IMG/VR virus record: IMGVR_UViG_3300027749_000038
Strand: one strand, 5' to 3'
DNA: 64,000 nt
From: a virus
A program made the position numbers and the translations under genes. Below the pieces are notes generated by a model. It had not been told where the DNA came from. It made no database searches and saw only the letters and a list, made by a program, of their open reading frames with translations. Of the stretch, positions 37,157 to 47,387 are shown piece by piece (within the stretch, counting starts at the first letter, position 1; every line of letters begins with the position of its first letter).

Positions 37157-38974
37157 TTAAATTTGTTCAATTAATTTTGTTTCTCCGTTGTGTTTTTCTA
37201 AAAGAATAATCTGATCCACACCTGATTTAGAGGTATGAGTGTTGTGTGAGATAATATAAATGTTTTCTTGAAATTTTTCAACTCTATCTTTTAGAATGTC
37301 TAAAATTTTATCTACACCTTTCTCGTCTATAGCAGAATCAAATAATTCATCATACATACTCAAGGAAAAAGAGGTGCCAGTTTGTTGTCTTAACAAATCC
37401 TGAAACATAAAAAGAATTGCCAGATCTATTCGTTTTTGTTCTCCGGCACTATAGTTAAAATAAGAACTTTCTTTTCCATACTCATCATGAATAGTCTCTT
37501 CAAACACTTCATTGAATTCACATTTACACGGAGCTTCTAAAATTTGTAAATAATGATTTAATCTAGAATTGAGAATGACTAACATTTTCTTAATAATGTA
37601 GGTCTTCACCCCTTCTTCTGATACTACATACTTTGCCACCTCTAGAACTGAAATTCTTTTTTGCAAATCTTCCAATTTAGTTTCTTCTTCTGCAATTTCT
37701 TCTTTAATATTTGATATTAAACTTTCAAATTCATTTTTAGAATTTTGAATTTCTTCAATTTCTTTTTGAAGAGAATTGTTTATGTCCGTTAAGTGTTTGA
37801 TTTCTTTAGAAATTATAGAAAAATTATGTATACTATCTGAATCTTTTTTAATTTGTGTATTTAATGTTTTGATTGCTTCTACTATATCTTTGCAATCTTT
37901 ATTTTTTTGCTTAATATCAGCTGTTAATAATTTTTTAGATTCTTCTTCTGTTTTAATTTTTACATCAATATCATTACACAATTCTTCTATGTGTTTTTTA
38001 TCATGATCTTCATAAGATCTCTTACAGGTGGGGCATGTTTGAGTTTTTTCTTTTAACGCCTCTAATTCTTTTTTTAATTGAGCAATTTTAAATGAAGACA
38101 AATTTTCTTGTTTTTTCAGAAAGTCTGATGATCCGGAACAATCCAAAGATAATTCTTCTAATTTTTTAATTTTTTGTTCTTTTTTAGAAATTGAATTTAA
38201 CAAGTCATTTTTTTCTTGTTCCAAAGCATTTAAATCTAATTTAGATTCAGTTTCTATTTTTTCTTTATTTATAGATATTTTGGTTTTTAAATTATCTATT
38301 TTTTCAATTTTAACATTTTCTGTTTTTTGAAATTGTTTAATGTAAATTTCTAAATTTTTCTGTTTTTCTATAAATTTTGCACTACAGAGATCGTTTTCTT
38401 TTTAGTAATCATTATGATCCAGCCGGATCTGTAAAAGCATTTCGCTAAAAATACCTAACTGCAATATGCCTTCTACAAATTTTCTCTTGTCTACTTTCTT
38501 TTGAGCCATGAAAGGTAAGGTGTTATTAGCAGCCATAATGACCGCGTTACGAAACACTTCTTCATTAGCTCCTATGAGTTCTTTAACTTTTTCATCCGTC
38601 TTGGGCATTGAGGAGAGAGTAATATCCTCTTCATTGCAGTACAGTTTTACAGAATTAGGAGAAATAGTTCTTATTAAAGTGTATGCATTTACTTTATTCG
38701 ATGAGACTACATTAAATTCTAATATCACACAACAATTGCCATCAGACTGTCTATGAACTATTCTCTCTCTTTTAATTTCTCTCATGGTGTTACCAAACAG
38801 ACACCAATATAAAGATTCTACAATAGTGCTTTTACCTACACCATTCCTCCCTCCCTTGTCTCTATTTTCTCCAGTTATAATAGAGATACCGCTTTGAAAA
38901 TTTAATGTTAGAGGTGTTTCTCCTACAGAGAGAAAATTTTGTATTTTTACAGATTTAAAAATTACTCGCTTCAC
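37157..38974 (-). CDS. gp46: Recombination ATPase gp46 (SbcC/Rad50-like), interrupted by one in-frame TAA at 38402-38404
   Basis: N-half has NFLS and GRNGVGKS. C-half has coiled coil, CPTC hook, YSAGE, DELFD and IISH. I translated 38401-38225 and it is open and in frame with both halves. Confidence 0.85.
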
Positions 38975-39018
38975 TAGTATAGTATCCTAGACGATTTAAA
39001 AATATCAAGAAAGATAGA

Positions 39019-39966
39019 CTACGATAAGAACAAATTATTAAATCGTTTCATTACATTTTCTGGGGTAAATTCTGAAACCAATTCTTTGTAATTTATAGTT
39101 TTATGATATTGTTTGTCAAAATTTAATAAAATATCAAAACATTCTTGATAAGAAGAATACCACAAGCCCTTGCCTCCGAGCATATCTAAATGTGCTGTGT
39201 CTATTCCTTGTCGACAGCTTATTACTGGTTTATTAAAAAATAAAAATTCTGCAATAGCTAGTCCGAAAGATTCTCCAAACTGTCTGGCATGAATCAAGCC
39301 GTCGCACATATTGATGTAATCAGATTTGTTCTGTAAATTGTATGTTGGATTTATAAAAATAATTTGATTATGTTTACAAAATTCTCTTGTATTCATAAAC
39401 ACAAAATAAATATTTTTTCTTTTTTTACAGACATCAAATACGGCTCTTTTAGAAGCTTCTATGTCAAATTCATCCAACCCTCCATATCTTCCAATAACAG
39501 TGGCTTCTTCTGATATATTTAATTTTTTTCTTAAATTAAAATTTTTACACTCTGGAAGAGTTACTATGTGAGGTACATAATTTTCTGAATTGTTTGTCAT
39601 TTTTTCAGACAACCATTTTGATACATAAAAATATTTGTCTCCGTGAGGATTGTAATGCTGAAATACAGCATGTATTAAATTTTTAGATCCAAGGGTAACT
39701 CTTCCATCTATGTCTCCCGCTTTTATCAAATATGTGTAGTCTATTTGAAGTTTTTTGATAATTTCTTCTATTTCTGAAAATTCATCATACAAATGTACCT
39801 CAAATCTATCTTCAAATTTTTTAAGAGCTCCTAGATCACTGCCTCTTCTGGAAACTATATAGGATTTATTATTTAATAAAGTTTCATTGTAGTGGGCATA
39901 ATCAAACATTGCTACCTCCGTACCCCTGATACATAACTGATTAGAATGAAATAATATGTTTTTCAT
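39019..39966 (-). CDS. GT-B glycosyltransferase (GT4-like)
   Basis: HSNQL..RGTEV and ESFGLAIAEF...KPVI. Confidence 0.8.
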   Translation of the reverse strand: MKNILFHSNQLCIRGTEVAMFDYAHYNETLLNNKSYIVSRRGSDLGALKKFEDRFEVHLYDEFSEIEEIIKKLQIDYTYLIKAGDIDGRVTLGSKNLIHAVFQHYNPHGDKYFYVSKWLSEKMTNNSENYVPHIVTLPECKNFNLRKKLNISEEATVIGRYGGLDEFDIEASKRAVFDVCKKRKNIYFVFMNTREFCKHNQIIFINPTYNLQNKSDYINMCDGLIHARQFGESFGLAIAEFLFFNKPVISCRQGIDTAHLDMLGGKGLWYSSYQECFDILLNFDKQYHKTINYKELVSEFTPENVMKRFNNLFLS

Positions 39967-40505
39967 TATTTAGAAATTTGTATAACAAATGTAGGACATC
40001 CGTCTTCAGTAACTGCTATAATGTTTTGTTTATATTGATAACAAAAATTATCTACGGCAGCTGCTATTTGAGTTCCTTGAACATAATCATGTCCTAACAA
40101 AATACCTGAATTTTTTATTTTATTAAAAGATAATTCTAAATCTTTGGTTACAGCTTCATAGGAATGGTCAGCATCAACATAAATCATATCATAAGAATTA
40201 TCTGAACAAGAATTTAAAAAATCCACTGTGTTATTTCTTATAACATTTACATTACTATTAAACTTGTATACGTCTCTTAAATTAAAAAACACTTCTTCCA
40301 TATTATTAATAATGGTATGATTATTACCGTCTTTATCACCAGACCCAAACTTACCCTCCCATATATCCACCAAATTTAATTCCTTAGGAATCATTCTCTC
40401 ATATATTTCTCGCGCAAATTCTCCTTTAAAAACTCCCAACTCTGCTATTTTTAAATTTTTTGGAAGCTTGTCTAATAAATCATTTCTTGTTTTAAATATT
40501 CTCAT
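39966..40505 (-). CDS. Class I SAM-dependent methyltransferase (Methyltransf_24-like)
   Basis: ELGVFKG, DMIYVDADHSY and GHDY. Confidence 0.85.
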   Translation of the reverse strand: MRIFKTRNDLLDKLPKNLKIAELGVFKGEFAREIYERMIPKELNLVDIWEGKFGSGDKDGNNHTIINNMEEVFFNLRDVYKFNSNVNVIRNNTVDFLNSCSDNSYDMIYVDADHSYEAVTKDLELSFNKIKNSGILLGHDYVQGTQIAAAVDNFCYQYKQNIIAVTEDGCPTFVIQISK

Positions 40506-41344
40506 ATAGAATTAACAAATTTAATTAAGCTCTTGGCCCTGTTTTTAAAGGTGTGTTTAGATTTAACAAATTCACAACCTTTTGCAGACACCTCCGAAAT
40601 AACATCTTCTTTGTTTTTTAAAAAATTAATAATTTCTACAGCTTCTTCTATGTTCCTATAAACAAAAACATTTGTTTCTGGTTTAAATCCTAATTCTGTA
40701 TATTGATCATTGTGATCTGTGAGTAGTAAAGTTCCACATCCCATAGTTTCAAAATTTCTATAATTTACATCCACACCAATATTTTTATTAAAATGGATTT
40801 TATAAGATCTGATAGCATTTATCATGTTCTGTCCTCTTACATCTATGTCTATTTTAAAAGACATAATAGAAGACAGATATTGTAACAAAGATCCTCTATT
40901 AACCACATTACCACAGAATCCTATTAGATGTTTTTTTTCATTCTCTACTGGAAACAAAAAATCACCATCATAACAGTTTGGAAACCAAAGACTATCTTTA
41001 TTACAAAAATATTTTGTAGCTTGCAAAATATAGTTATATTTTCCTTCACTGTAAACCATATCATAATATTCTTGTCCTCTACAATGGCTGTCTATAGCCC
41101 ACAAGAATTTTAGAGGAGACTTAACATGTGCCAAATTAGGCATCCATCCGGTATCATAATTTTCTAAATTAATAATAACATCATATTTTTCATAATCTGG
41201 AATTGTTTGAAAATTATCATGCCCTAAACCCCAAACATCACACTCTACTTCATTATGAATTAGGGCTCTTTGCATGCTATTACATTCTCTCAAATGTTTG
41301 CTAATTTCATGTCTACCGTTTTCCTGTATAATTAAAAATTTCAT
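40502..41344 (-). CDS. GT-B glycosyltransferase (CgeB / Glyco_trans_1_2-like)
   Basis: WAIDSH, PNCYD, GFCG and N.RNFE.MGCG.LLLTD. Start placed at MKFLII. Confidence 0.8.
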   Translation of the reverse strand: MKFLIIQENGRHEISKHLRECNSMQRALIHNEVECDVWGLGHDNFQTIPDYEKYDVIINLENYDTGWMPNLAHVKSPLKFLWAIDSHCRGQEYYDMVYSEGKYNYILQATKYFCNKDSLWFPNCYDGDFLFPVENEKKHLIGFCGNVVNRGSLLQYLSSIMSFKIDIDVRGQNMINAIRSYKIHFNKNIGVDVNYRNFETMGCGTLLLTDHNDQYTELGFKPETNVFVYRNIEEAVEIINFLKNKEDVISEVSAKGCEFVKSKHTFKNRAKSLIKFVNSI

Positions 41345-42069
41345 TAAAATACTCCTCTGTGGTGCCGGAATAATTGTGGATACGGGCGTTTTAAGTGATT
41401 GCCCCATTCAGATGGCTCTGGTAGTAATTCTATATTATGTTTTGCTGCTAGCAAGGACATAATGGATTGATCGTGTCGATGATCACTAAAAGTGGACAAA
41501 TTAGGTTTTGTGATGTTGGGTAAATCGGAAATTATATTTTCATTTTCTGAAAATGTTTTAAATTCTTTTAATAAAGATTGTGTAAAAGATGTTTTCTTAA
41601 AGAAAAGATAGGAAGCATCAATTTGAGGTGCTTTATAATATTTTTCTTCATCACAATCCATTAAGGTAAAACAATCTCTCTTAGTCCAATCTTGATTTAT
41701 ATGTGGTATTCCATGGGGATTACCATCTCTATTATCAAATAATACTACCTCTTTTTGATTACATACGGATATAATATAATCCAAATTGCTAACAATTTGA
41801 TTGCCACTATCAATGTACAAAATAATGTCGTTGTCATTTGCTATGTTAAAAGTTTGTTCCAAAATGGCTGATTTCCACATCCAATATCCATATCCTCTAG
41901 TGGTTGGTGTTAATAAATGAGAGTATTTTTCTGAAAATTCTTTATCCAAATTTGATGGATTAAAGGAAATAATATGTTTGACGCCAACCCTGGCAGCACT
42001 CTGGTTAAGATTTTTTTGAGATCTATACCATTTTTCATTATTAGCAAAAGAAATTAATATTACGTTCAT
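41344..42069 (-). CDS. GT-A-like glycosyltransferase
   Basis: GYWMWK, LYIDSG and HRHDQSI.S. Confidence 0.65.
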   Translation of the reverse strand: MNVILISFANNEKWYRSQKNLNQSAARVGVKHIISFNPSNLDKEFSEKYSHLLTPTTRGYGYWMWKSAILEQTFNIANDNDIILYIDSGNQIVSNLDYIISVCNQKEVVLFDNRDGNPHGIPHINQDWTKRDCFTLMDCDEEKYYKAPQIDASYLFFKKTSFTQSLLKEFKTFSENENIISDLPNITKPNLSTFSDHRHDQSIMSLLAAKHNIELLPEPSEWGNHLKRPYPQLFRHHRGVF

Positions 42070-42731
42070 TTAAAATTGATTAATTTACGAGCTTCAAAAG
42101 TGGCTCGATCTTCTTGTTCTAAACTATCATTTTTTATGTACAATTCATCCGGTTGATCTTTGACTATGGAATATTGCACATGTTTTATTAAAAGTTGATC
42201 AAAATACTTTACCTTGTTTAATTGTTGACTCACTAAAGTAAATTCTGTATCACTGTATAATGATTTATAAGCTGGATGGTAAATGTAACCAAATCTATCA
42301 TAATATTTTTTACCGAGAATACATAAGGTATTTAAATTAGATCCCTGAAAACCATCATTAAACCATAATACACCGTCTGTATTTGAAAATGTCTCTGACA
42401 TTTTGGTACGAATAACTTCATCATAACCTTTTTGTACTGGCAGCATATCATCGGAAGCCAACAACAAAATATCAAAATTTTTATCTTTTAAATTATTGTT
42501 TACGGCTTCTATTTTTGATTTGTTATTTTCAAAATAATATCTTAAATATGGATAAGAATTTAATCTATTAATAACTTCTTGATTGTTCATTGTGATATCA
42601 TCTGTATCACAAGATATAACAAATTCAACATTAAGATTTTTTAATAAAAGATAATATTTGTCTAAAATATTAAAAAATTTTGATGGTCTACTTCTAGTCG
42701 GAAATTTTATTAACAGTTTTAAATCCTTCAT
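42066..42731 (-). CDS. GT-A glycosyltransferase
   Basis: PTRSR, SKIEAVN, LASDDM, GYIYHP.Y.S...D.E. Confidence 0.72.
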   Translation of the reverse strand: MKDLKLLIKFPTRSRPSKFFNILDKYYLLLKNLNVEFVISCDTDDITMNNQEVINRLNSYPYLRYYFENNKSKIEAVNNNLKDKNFDILLLASDDMLPVQKGYDEVIRTKMSETFSNTDGVLWFNDGFQGSNLNTLCILGKKYYDRFGYIYHPAYKSLYSDTEFTLVSQQLNKVKYFDQLLIKHVQYSIVKDQPDELYIKNDSLEQEDRATFEARKLINFK

Positions 42732-43440
42732 ATATATTATTTCTCCCTTGAGTGTTATGACTATCCATTGCTTCGTGTTTAAAACAATTGGGATTTACAA
42801 AATCAAATTGAATATTTCTTAAAAAACAATATACACTTAAATATCTCTCTAAATTGTGTCCTGACATTTTATCATTTTTTAAATATTTTAAAAAATCAAT
42901 TGTCATTTCATCATTAAAAAAATCTACTAAAAAATTTCTTTCAAAAACCATATTATTAGTAGCCATCCAATTGTTATTGTTACCTTTAATAGAACGATAA
43001 CCTCTTTCTTTTAGAAAAGAAACCATTAAACTATTAAATATGCTATTATCTAAGAAACAAGAATGTAATTCAAACGCATGAAATCCATATACTTTTTTAT
43101 CTCCTTCAAATATATTAAAGATCATGGTTTCTAAACTCAATGGTTCTGTAATGTTGGTATCATATTCGAGAAAATAAATGTATTTAAATTGTTTTGCAAT
43201 TAAATTTAAATTTTTGGCAACTGCATACCACCCAGTATATGCTAAATAATTTTTATTATCTTCTATATTATCTATTAAACGATCACATTGGATAATTTTC
43301 TCAGAAGTATAATCTTCATTATGGATGCCTACTAAAATATAAACATAATTTTTAAGATCTTTGTATCTCTGTGAAGATTCAAATAACTCTATAATTTGTT
43401 TACTATGAACAACTATAGCAAAAATGATATTATCTTGCAT
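42694..43440 (-). CDS. Putative glycosyltransferase-like protein
   Basis: FLEYD (DxD-like) and H.LER motifs; inside the GT island. Confidence 0.45.
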   Translation of the reverse strand: MQDNIIFAIVVHSKQIIELFESSQRYKDLKNYVYILVGIHNEDYTSEKIIQCDRLIDNIEDNKNYLAYTGWYAVAKNLNLIAKQFKYIYFLEYDTNITEPLSLETMIFNIFEGDKKVYGFHAFELHSCFLDNSIFNSLMVSFLKERGYRSIKGNNNNWMATNNMVFERNFLVDFFNDEMTIDFLKYLKNDKMSGHNLERYLSVYCFLRNIQFDFVNPNCFKHEAMDSHNTQGRNNIYEGFKTVNKISD

Positions 43441-44161
43441 TTATTTTAATATCTTTATAACTCGGAATTTCCGTCTGGTATATACGTTCAATAAATTGAC
43501 CATATTTTAACATTTCCGAATTGTTGTGAGTGGCTGTTGGATCAATATCAATATTTCCATCTAAATTTCCAAATTTTTTAGTTCTCCAAGACATTCCTTC
43601 ATAATGTTTAAAATAAATGTCTTCTAATTTAGCATTACCCACCTTTAAACCAGCCTTTCTGATATCTTCAAAGAAACTAGCCCCTACATCATAAATCTTT
43701 GGTGAGGTTCTGTCTGAAAGCCTAATATGGTCATGAAATTTAATATTGTGTTGATTAATGTGTTTAACATTAATCAAACAATGCCACGGATGTACTCTGT
43801 TGTATAAAGACTTACCTCCGCGACTTCCACACACTTCACCAAAAAGAGTTAAGTCCATATTAACAAATTGATCAAATATATCTTGATGGTTTTTAAGAAA
43901 GACAATATCTGTGTCCACAAGCAACATATAGTCTGTAGAGCATTTATCTAAAAGAATATCTACAGAAGGGGAATGTAATCCTTTCTGATTTCTAATAAAC
44001 GGAACATTTTCTTTAACTAAAAGATCTGCAGTTTCTTCTTCAGAAGAATTTTCACATATCAATACTTTAGTGTCTCCATGATACTTAAAAAAAGACCTTA
44101 ACATGGTTAAGGTTACTTCTGGAGTGTTATAAGAACATGATGCTAGGGTTAGATTTTCCAT
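43430..44161 (-). CDS. GT2-like glycosyltransferase
   Basis: SYNTPE, ICENS and LVDTDI. Confidence 0.72.
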   Translation of the reverse strand: MENLTLASCSYNTPEVTLTMLRSFFKYHGDTKVLICENSSEEETADLLVKENVPFIRNQKGLHSPSVDILLDKCSTDYMLLVDTDIVFLKNHQDIFDQFVNMDLTLFGEVCGSRGGKSLYNRVHPWHCLINVKHINQHNIKFHDHIRLSDRTSPKIYDVGASFFEDIRKAGLKVGNAKLEDIYFKHYEGMSWRTKKFGNLDGNIDIDPTATHNNSEMLKYGQFIERIYQTEIPSYKDIKINAR

Positions 44162-44940
44162 AATTTATAAATTTCTTTGAGATTTAATTTAATTTCTTCT
44201 AGATTACTTTGTGGAATTTGTAATAAATCTACTTTATGTTTTTCATAAAAATATTGAAGAGATTTTATCACCGTGTTATGATGATTATAATGAGATGATA
44301 TAGTACTAGATTCTTGAGTCCACGGTATGTCCGTCAGAAAATCATTAGCATTTGGTAGGTCTGCAAACCACCAGAATGAAGGATGCATTTTATTTTGAAT
44401 GATTCTGTAGGTATGCTCTAAATGTTCGGTGGCGTTGTAAAATTTTTCGTCCATTAATCCTACTTTTTCCAAACACTCTTTAGTATAAAAACTAAAAGCT
44501 CCTACACAGTGAGGATACAGAGCTACTTTACTATTTTTATATTGAATAACTGTTTTTGGTGAAGGGGTATCGGAACCTGGATACTTGTTCATTAAACCAT
44601 GCTGACTATAATTAAAATGATGTATACCGGTATCTACATGCATTTTGATATACTGTTCAAATACTGCAGGATCTTTAATGATTATATCATCTTCCATCAA
44701 AAAGAAGTAATCACATTTTTGTTCTAATAAGAATTTTAAGGCACTATTTTTTGATATACCCACACCTTTGTTAACTGGATGTTGAATGTGATTATATATA
44801 TGATGAATGTCTTCATAAGGAGTGCCATCATTTACCACAACCACTTCTATACCTGAATCTTTTAAAGGTACACTATTAATTACTTTTAAAAAGTAATCTG
44901 GTCTTTTATAGGTTGTTAAACCTAATCCAATTTTTTTCAT
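44149..44940 (-). CDS. GT2 glycosyltransferase
   Basis: TTYKRP, VVNDG, N.GV..SKN, LMEDD and G.MDE.F. Confidence 0.85.
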   Translation of the reverse strand: MKKIGLGLTTYKRPDYFLKVINSVPLKDSGIEVVVVNDGTPYEDIHHIYNHIQHPVNKGVGISKNSALKFLLEQKCDYFFLMEDDIIIKDPAVFEQYIKMHVDTGIHHFNYSQHGLMNKYPGSDTPSPKTVIQYKNSKVALYPHCVGAFSFYTKECLEKVGLMDEKFYNATEHLEHTYRIIQNKMHPSFWWFADLPNANDFLTDIPWTQESSTISSHYNHHNTVIKSLQYFYEKHKVDLLQIPQSNLEEIKLNLKEIYKLWKI

Positions 44941-45695
44941 TATAAAGGTTTTGAATATTTTTGTTGAAGAGTTTCTACAATATTAAAAAGTTCATCCTGG
45001 CTTCTATTAGGAAATTCCTTGGGATCAGGAATAAATTTATGCAAATGATAAAACATTCCATAACTCATATTGGTTATTTTTTGTTCATCTGAAAATTTAA
45101 TTTTTAAAACCTCTTCTTCCATAACATACAAACCATAATTAACACTTGGGGCGTGTGGCATTGGAGTACATACACCAAGTTTATGACATCTGATAATATA
45201 ATCTAAAACATCTAAAGATTCATTACTAGGTATTTGTTCATTAAAAAACCCAACATTTTTAATAATTCCAGAATGTAGAAAAATAAAATCTGGATTCATT
45301 GTATAACCAAGATCTAAAGAAATTTTATGATTGTCTTCCTCCAACGATATAACTTTCTTGTTAGGGCCAAACATAACCCAGGTACCAAAGACCGAAGCGG
45401 TTTTAATTACATGTTCAAAAAAATCTTCTTTGATACAAATTAAATTTGAATTAATAATGAAAAAATAATTTTTATTACCTTTACTCCTTTCTGATGTAAG
45501 AAAAATATTTCTCATAGAAGCCAAGGAAACGGCTCTGCTAAATTTAATACTTTTAATGTTATTGGGAATTTTATTTTCTGTGTTAGAAATAACTACAATA
45601 TTTTCTTTTAAAGAATTAGGAATTGCTTCCAGACATTTATTGAGGGTCTCTTGGGAATATATGTCTATAATTCCAACTGAAATTTTTTCATTCAT
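44940..45695 (-). CDS. Degenerate GT2-like protein
   Basis: GT-A-like layout (KCLEAIP, SLASMRN, VGFFNE) without a clear DxD. Confidence 0.5.
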   Translation of the reverse strand: MNEKISVGIIDIYSQETLNKCLEAIPNSLKENIVVISNTENKIPNNIKSIKFSRAVSLASMRNIFLTSERSKGNKNYFFIINSNLICIKEDFFEHVIKTASVFGTWVMFGPNKKVISLEEDNHKISLDLGYTMNPDFIFLHSGIIKNVGFFNEQIPSNESLDVLDYIIRCHKLGVCTPMPHAPSVNYGLYVMEEEVLKIKFSDEQKITNMSYGMFYHLHKFIPDPKEFPNRSQDELFNIVETLQQKYSKPL

Positions 45696-46756
45696 GCTGT
45701 TAATTTGGTGTAAAGATCTGAAAGATAACTAATAGTATCTTCTTTATTTGAGGTTTCTAGAGTGTTTACAAAATCTTGTAAACTTTTTGGAATATCTATA
45801 CTATTATAATTTAATTCTCCTTCTGTGGAAGATAAATTATTATCTACGGTTTGATAATCAATTCTAAAAAATTTAGGTTTAAGACTTTGTAATTTGGATG
45901 CTAATAAAGAAATTTTCTCAGAAGCATGTTTGGTATCAATTACGAAGCTAATCATATTATTAGGAATAATATTTTTTAAATGTTGGCTGGTTAAAGTTTT
46001 GTCCAAGATTTTTTGTAAAGAAACTTTCCAATGTTGTGGTGAGATATTATTAACTATAAATTCAAATTCATTGGTTTTTAAATCAAAAATATAAATTCCT
46101 CTTTCAGACCCAGAGTCGGCAAAATTTTGTTGGTAAGGACTGCCAAGATACAATACGTCCCCTCTTTCATATTTTCGATGATCTTTGTGATGAAAATGGC
46201 CAGATACAATATATGGAGACCTGTCTAAGAGATCTGAAGAATTTACCCCGTGATCACAAATTTTTTGAACATTCATTTTAAATGAATTAATTTCAAAGTG
46301 TCCAACACAAATATCTGTTTCTGGTATATTTTCTACCTTTATACCCCAAGGTATTAAGGATAAAGTTTTATTTACTGGGGTGTCAAATACCACGGGTTCT
46401 TCATCAACCAAAGTAATGTTGGTCCATCCCTTAAGAATTGAAATGGAATTTATATCTGATGAATTTTTAAAATGGCAATCATGATTTCCAGTGGAAATAT
46501 ATAAATTAAAATCTTTAAAAATTTGAAAAAAGGCTGCTGCAGTTGCTAATGTGTTAACAGAAATTTCACTTCTATTGTGAAAGATGTCGCCTGGAATTAT
46601 AATTTCTGTAATATCTCTTTTTTCATAGATATTTTTAGCCCATTCAGCAAATTTTAAAATATTTTCTTGCCAGATAACACTATCTCTCCCCAGACCCATA
46701 TGGATATCAGAGAAAAAACCTATATTTCTTGATTTAATTTTTTTTCTAATAGACAT
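45692..46756 (-). CDS. gp47: Recombination nuclease gp47 (SbcD/Mre11-like)
   Basis: SDIH.G, GDIF, GNHD, GHFE, SGHFH and LGSP. Confidence 0.92.
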   Translation of the reverse strand: MSIRKKIKSRNIGFFSDIHMGLGRDSVIWQENILKFAEWAKNIYEKRDITEIIIPGDIFHNRSEISVNTLATAAAFFQIFKDFNLYISTGNHDCHFKNSSDINSISILKGWTNITLVDEEPVVFDTPVNKTLSLIPWGIKVENIPETDICVGHFEINSFKMNVQKICDHGVNSSDLLDRSPYIVSGHFHHKDHRKYERGDVLYLGSPYQQNFADSGSERGIYIFDLKTNEFEFIVNNISPQHWKVSLQKILDKTLTSQHLKNIIPNNMISFVIDTKHASEKISLLASKLQSLKPKFFRIDYQTVDNNLSSTEGELNYNSIDIPKSLQDFVNTLETSNKEDTISYLSDLYTKLTA

Positions 46757-47387
46757 CGCGATCTTTCTGAATACGTAATTGATTATTCTTTACAATAGTA
46801 TTATAATTTTCCGAGAAAAGCAAAAGATTTTCTTGGTATTTTTCGTGTGTATCTCTTAAGTGTTTTTCTTTTTTAATTCGATTACGAAAAGCATTGAATG
46901 CAACTCTGGTAAAATATGAAAACGGATTAGATCCTTTCTCTCTATCATATTTTTGAGAAGTTAATGCCTTAAACATTCTGATGATACCATCACCTACCAT
47001 TTCTTCTCTAAATGTATAATTGATAAAGTTGGGGGCATAACTTAATTTATTTGCAATTTTACTAACCATTAAAGCCAAATTATCTGACATGTTGCCGGTT
47101 TTATAATAAACTGCTATTTCTTCATCAAATTCTTGAGGATTTACATAAAATTTTTCTTTATCTGCTTTTTTCTTGGCGTATGTAGGTTTAACTTCAATTT
47201 CCTCTTCTTCTTCATCATCTTCCTCATCTTTAATTTCAAACAAATCTTCATCTTCTTCATCATCATTTTCTGCTTTTGGATTTGTTGAAGAAAATCCTAA
47301 CATTTCTGCTTCTTCTTCTGTATAGATGATATTTTCAAAATCATCTTCTTTTCTTTTACGCGGAGATTTCTTTTTCGGAGTATTCAT
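46746..47387 (-). CDS. gp55: Late-transcription sigma factor (gp55-like) with acidic N-terminal extension
   Basis: YVN..EF, NFINYTFREEMV.DGI and NPFSYFT..AFNAF..RI.KEK. Confidence 0.9.
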   Translation of the reverse strand: MNTPKKKSPRKRKEDDFENIIYTEEEAEMLGFSSTNPKAENDDEEDEDLFEIKDEEDDEEEEEIEVKPTYAKKKADKEKFYVNPQEFDEEIAVYYKTGNMSDNLALMVSKIANKLSYAPNFINYTFREEMVGDGIIRMFKALTSQKYDREKGSNPFSYFTRVAFNAFRNRIKKEKHLRDTHEKYQENLLLFSENYNTIVKNNQLRIQKDRDVY

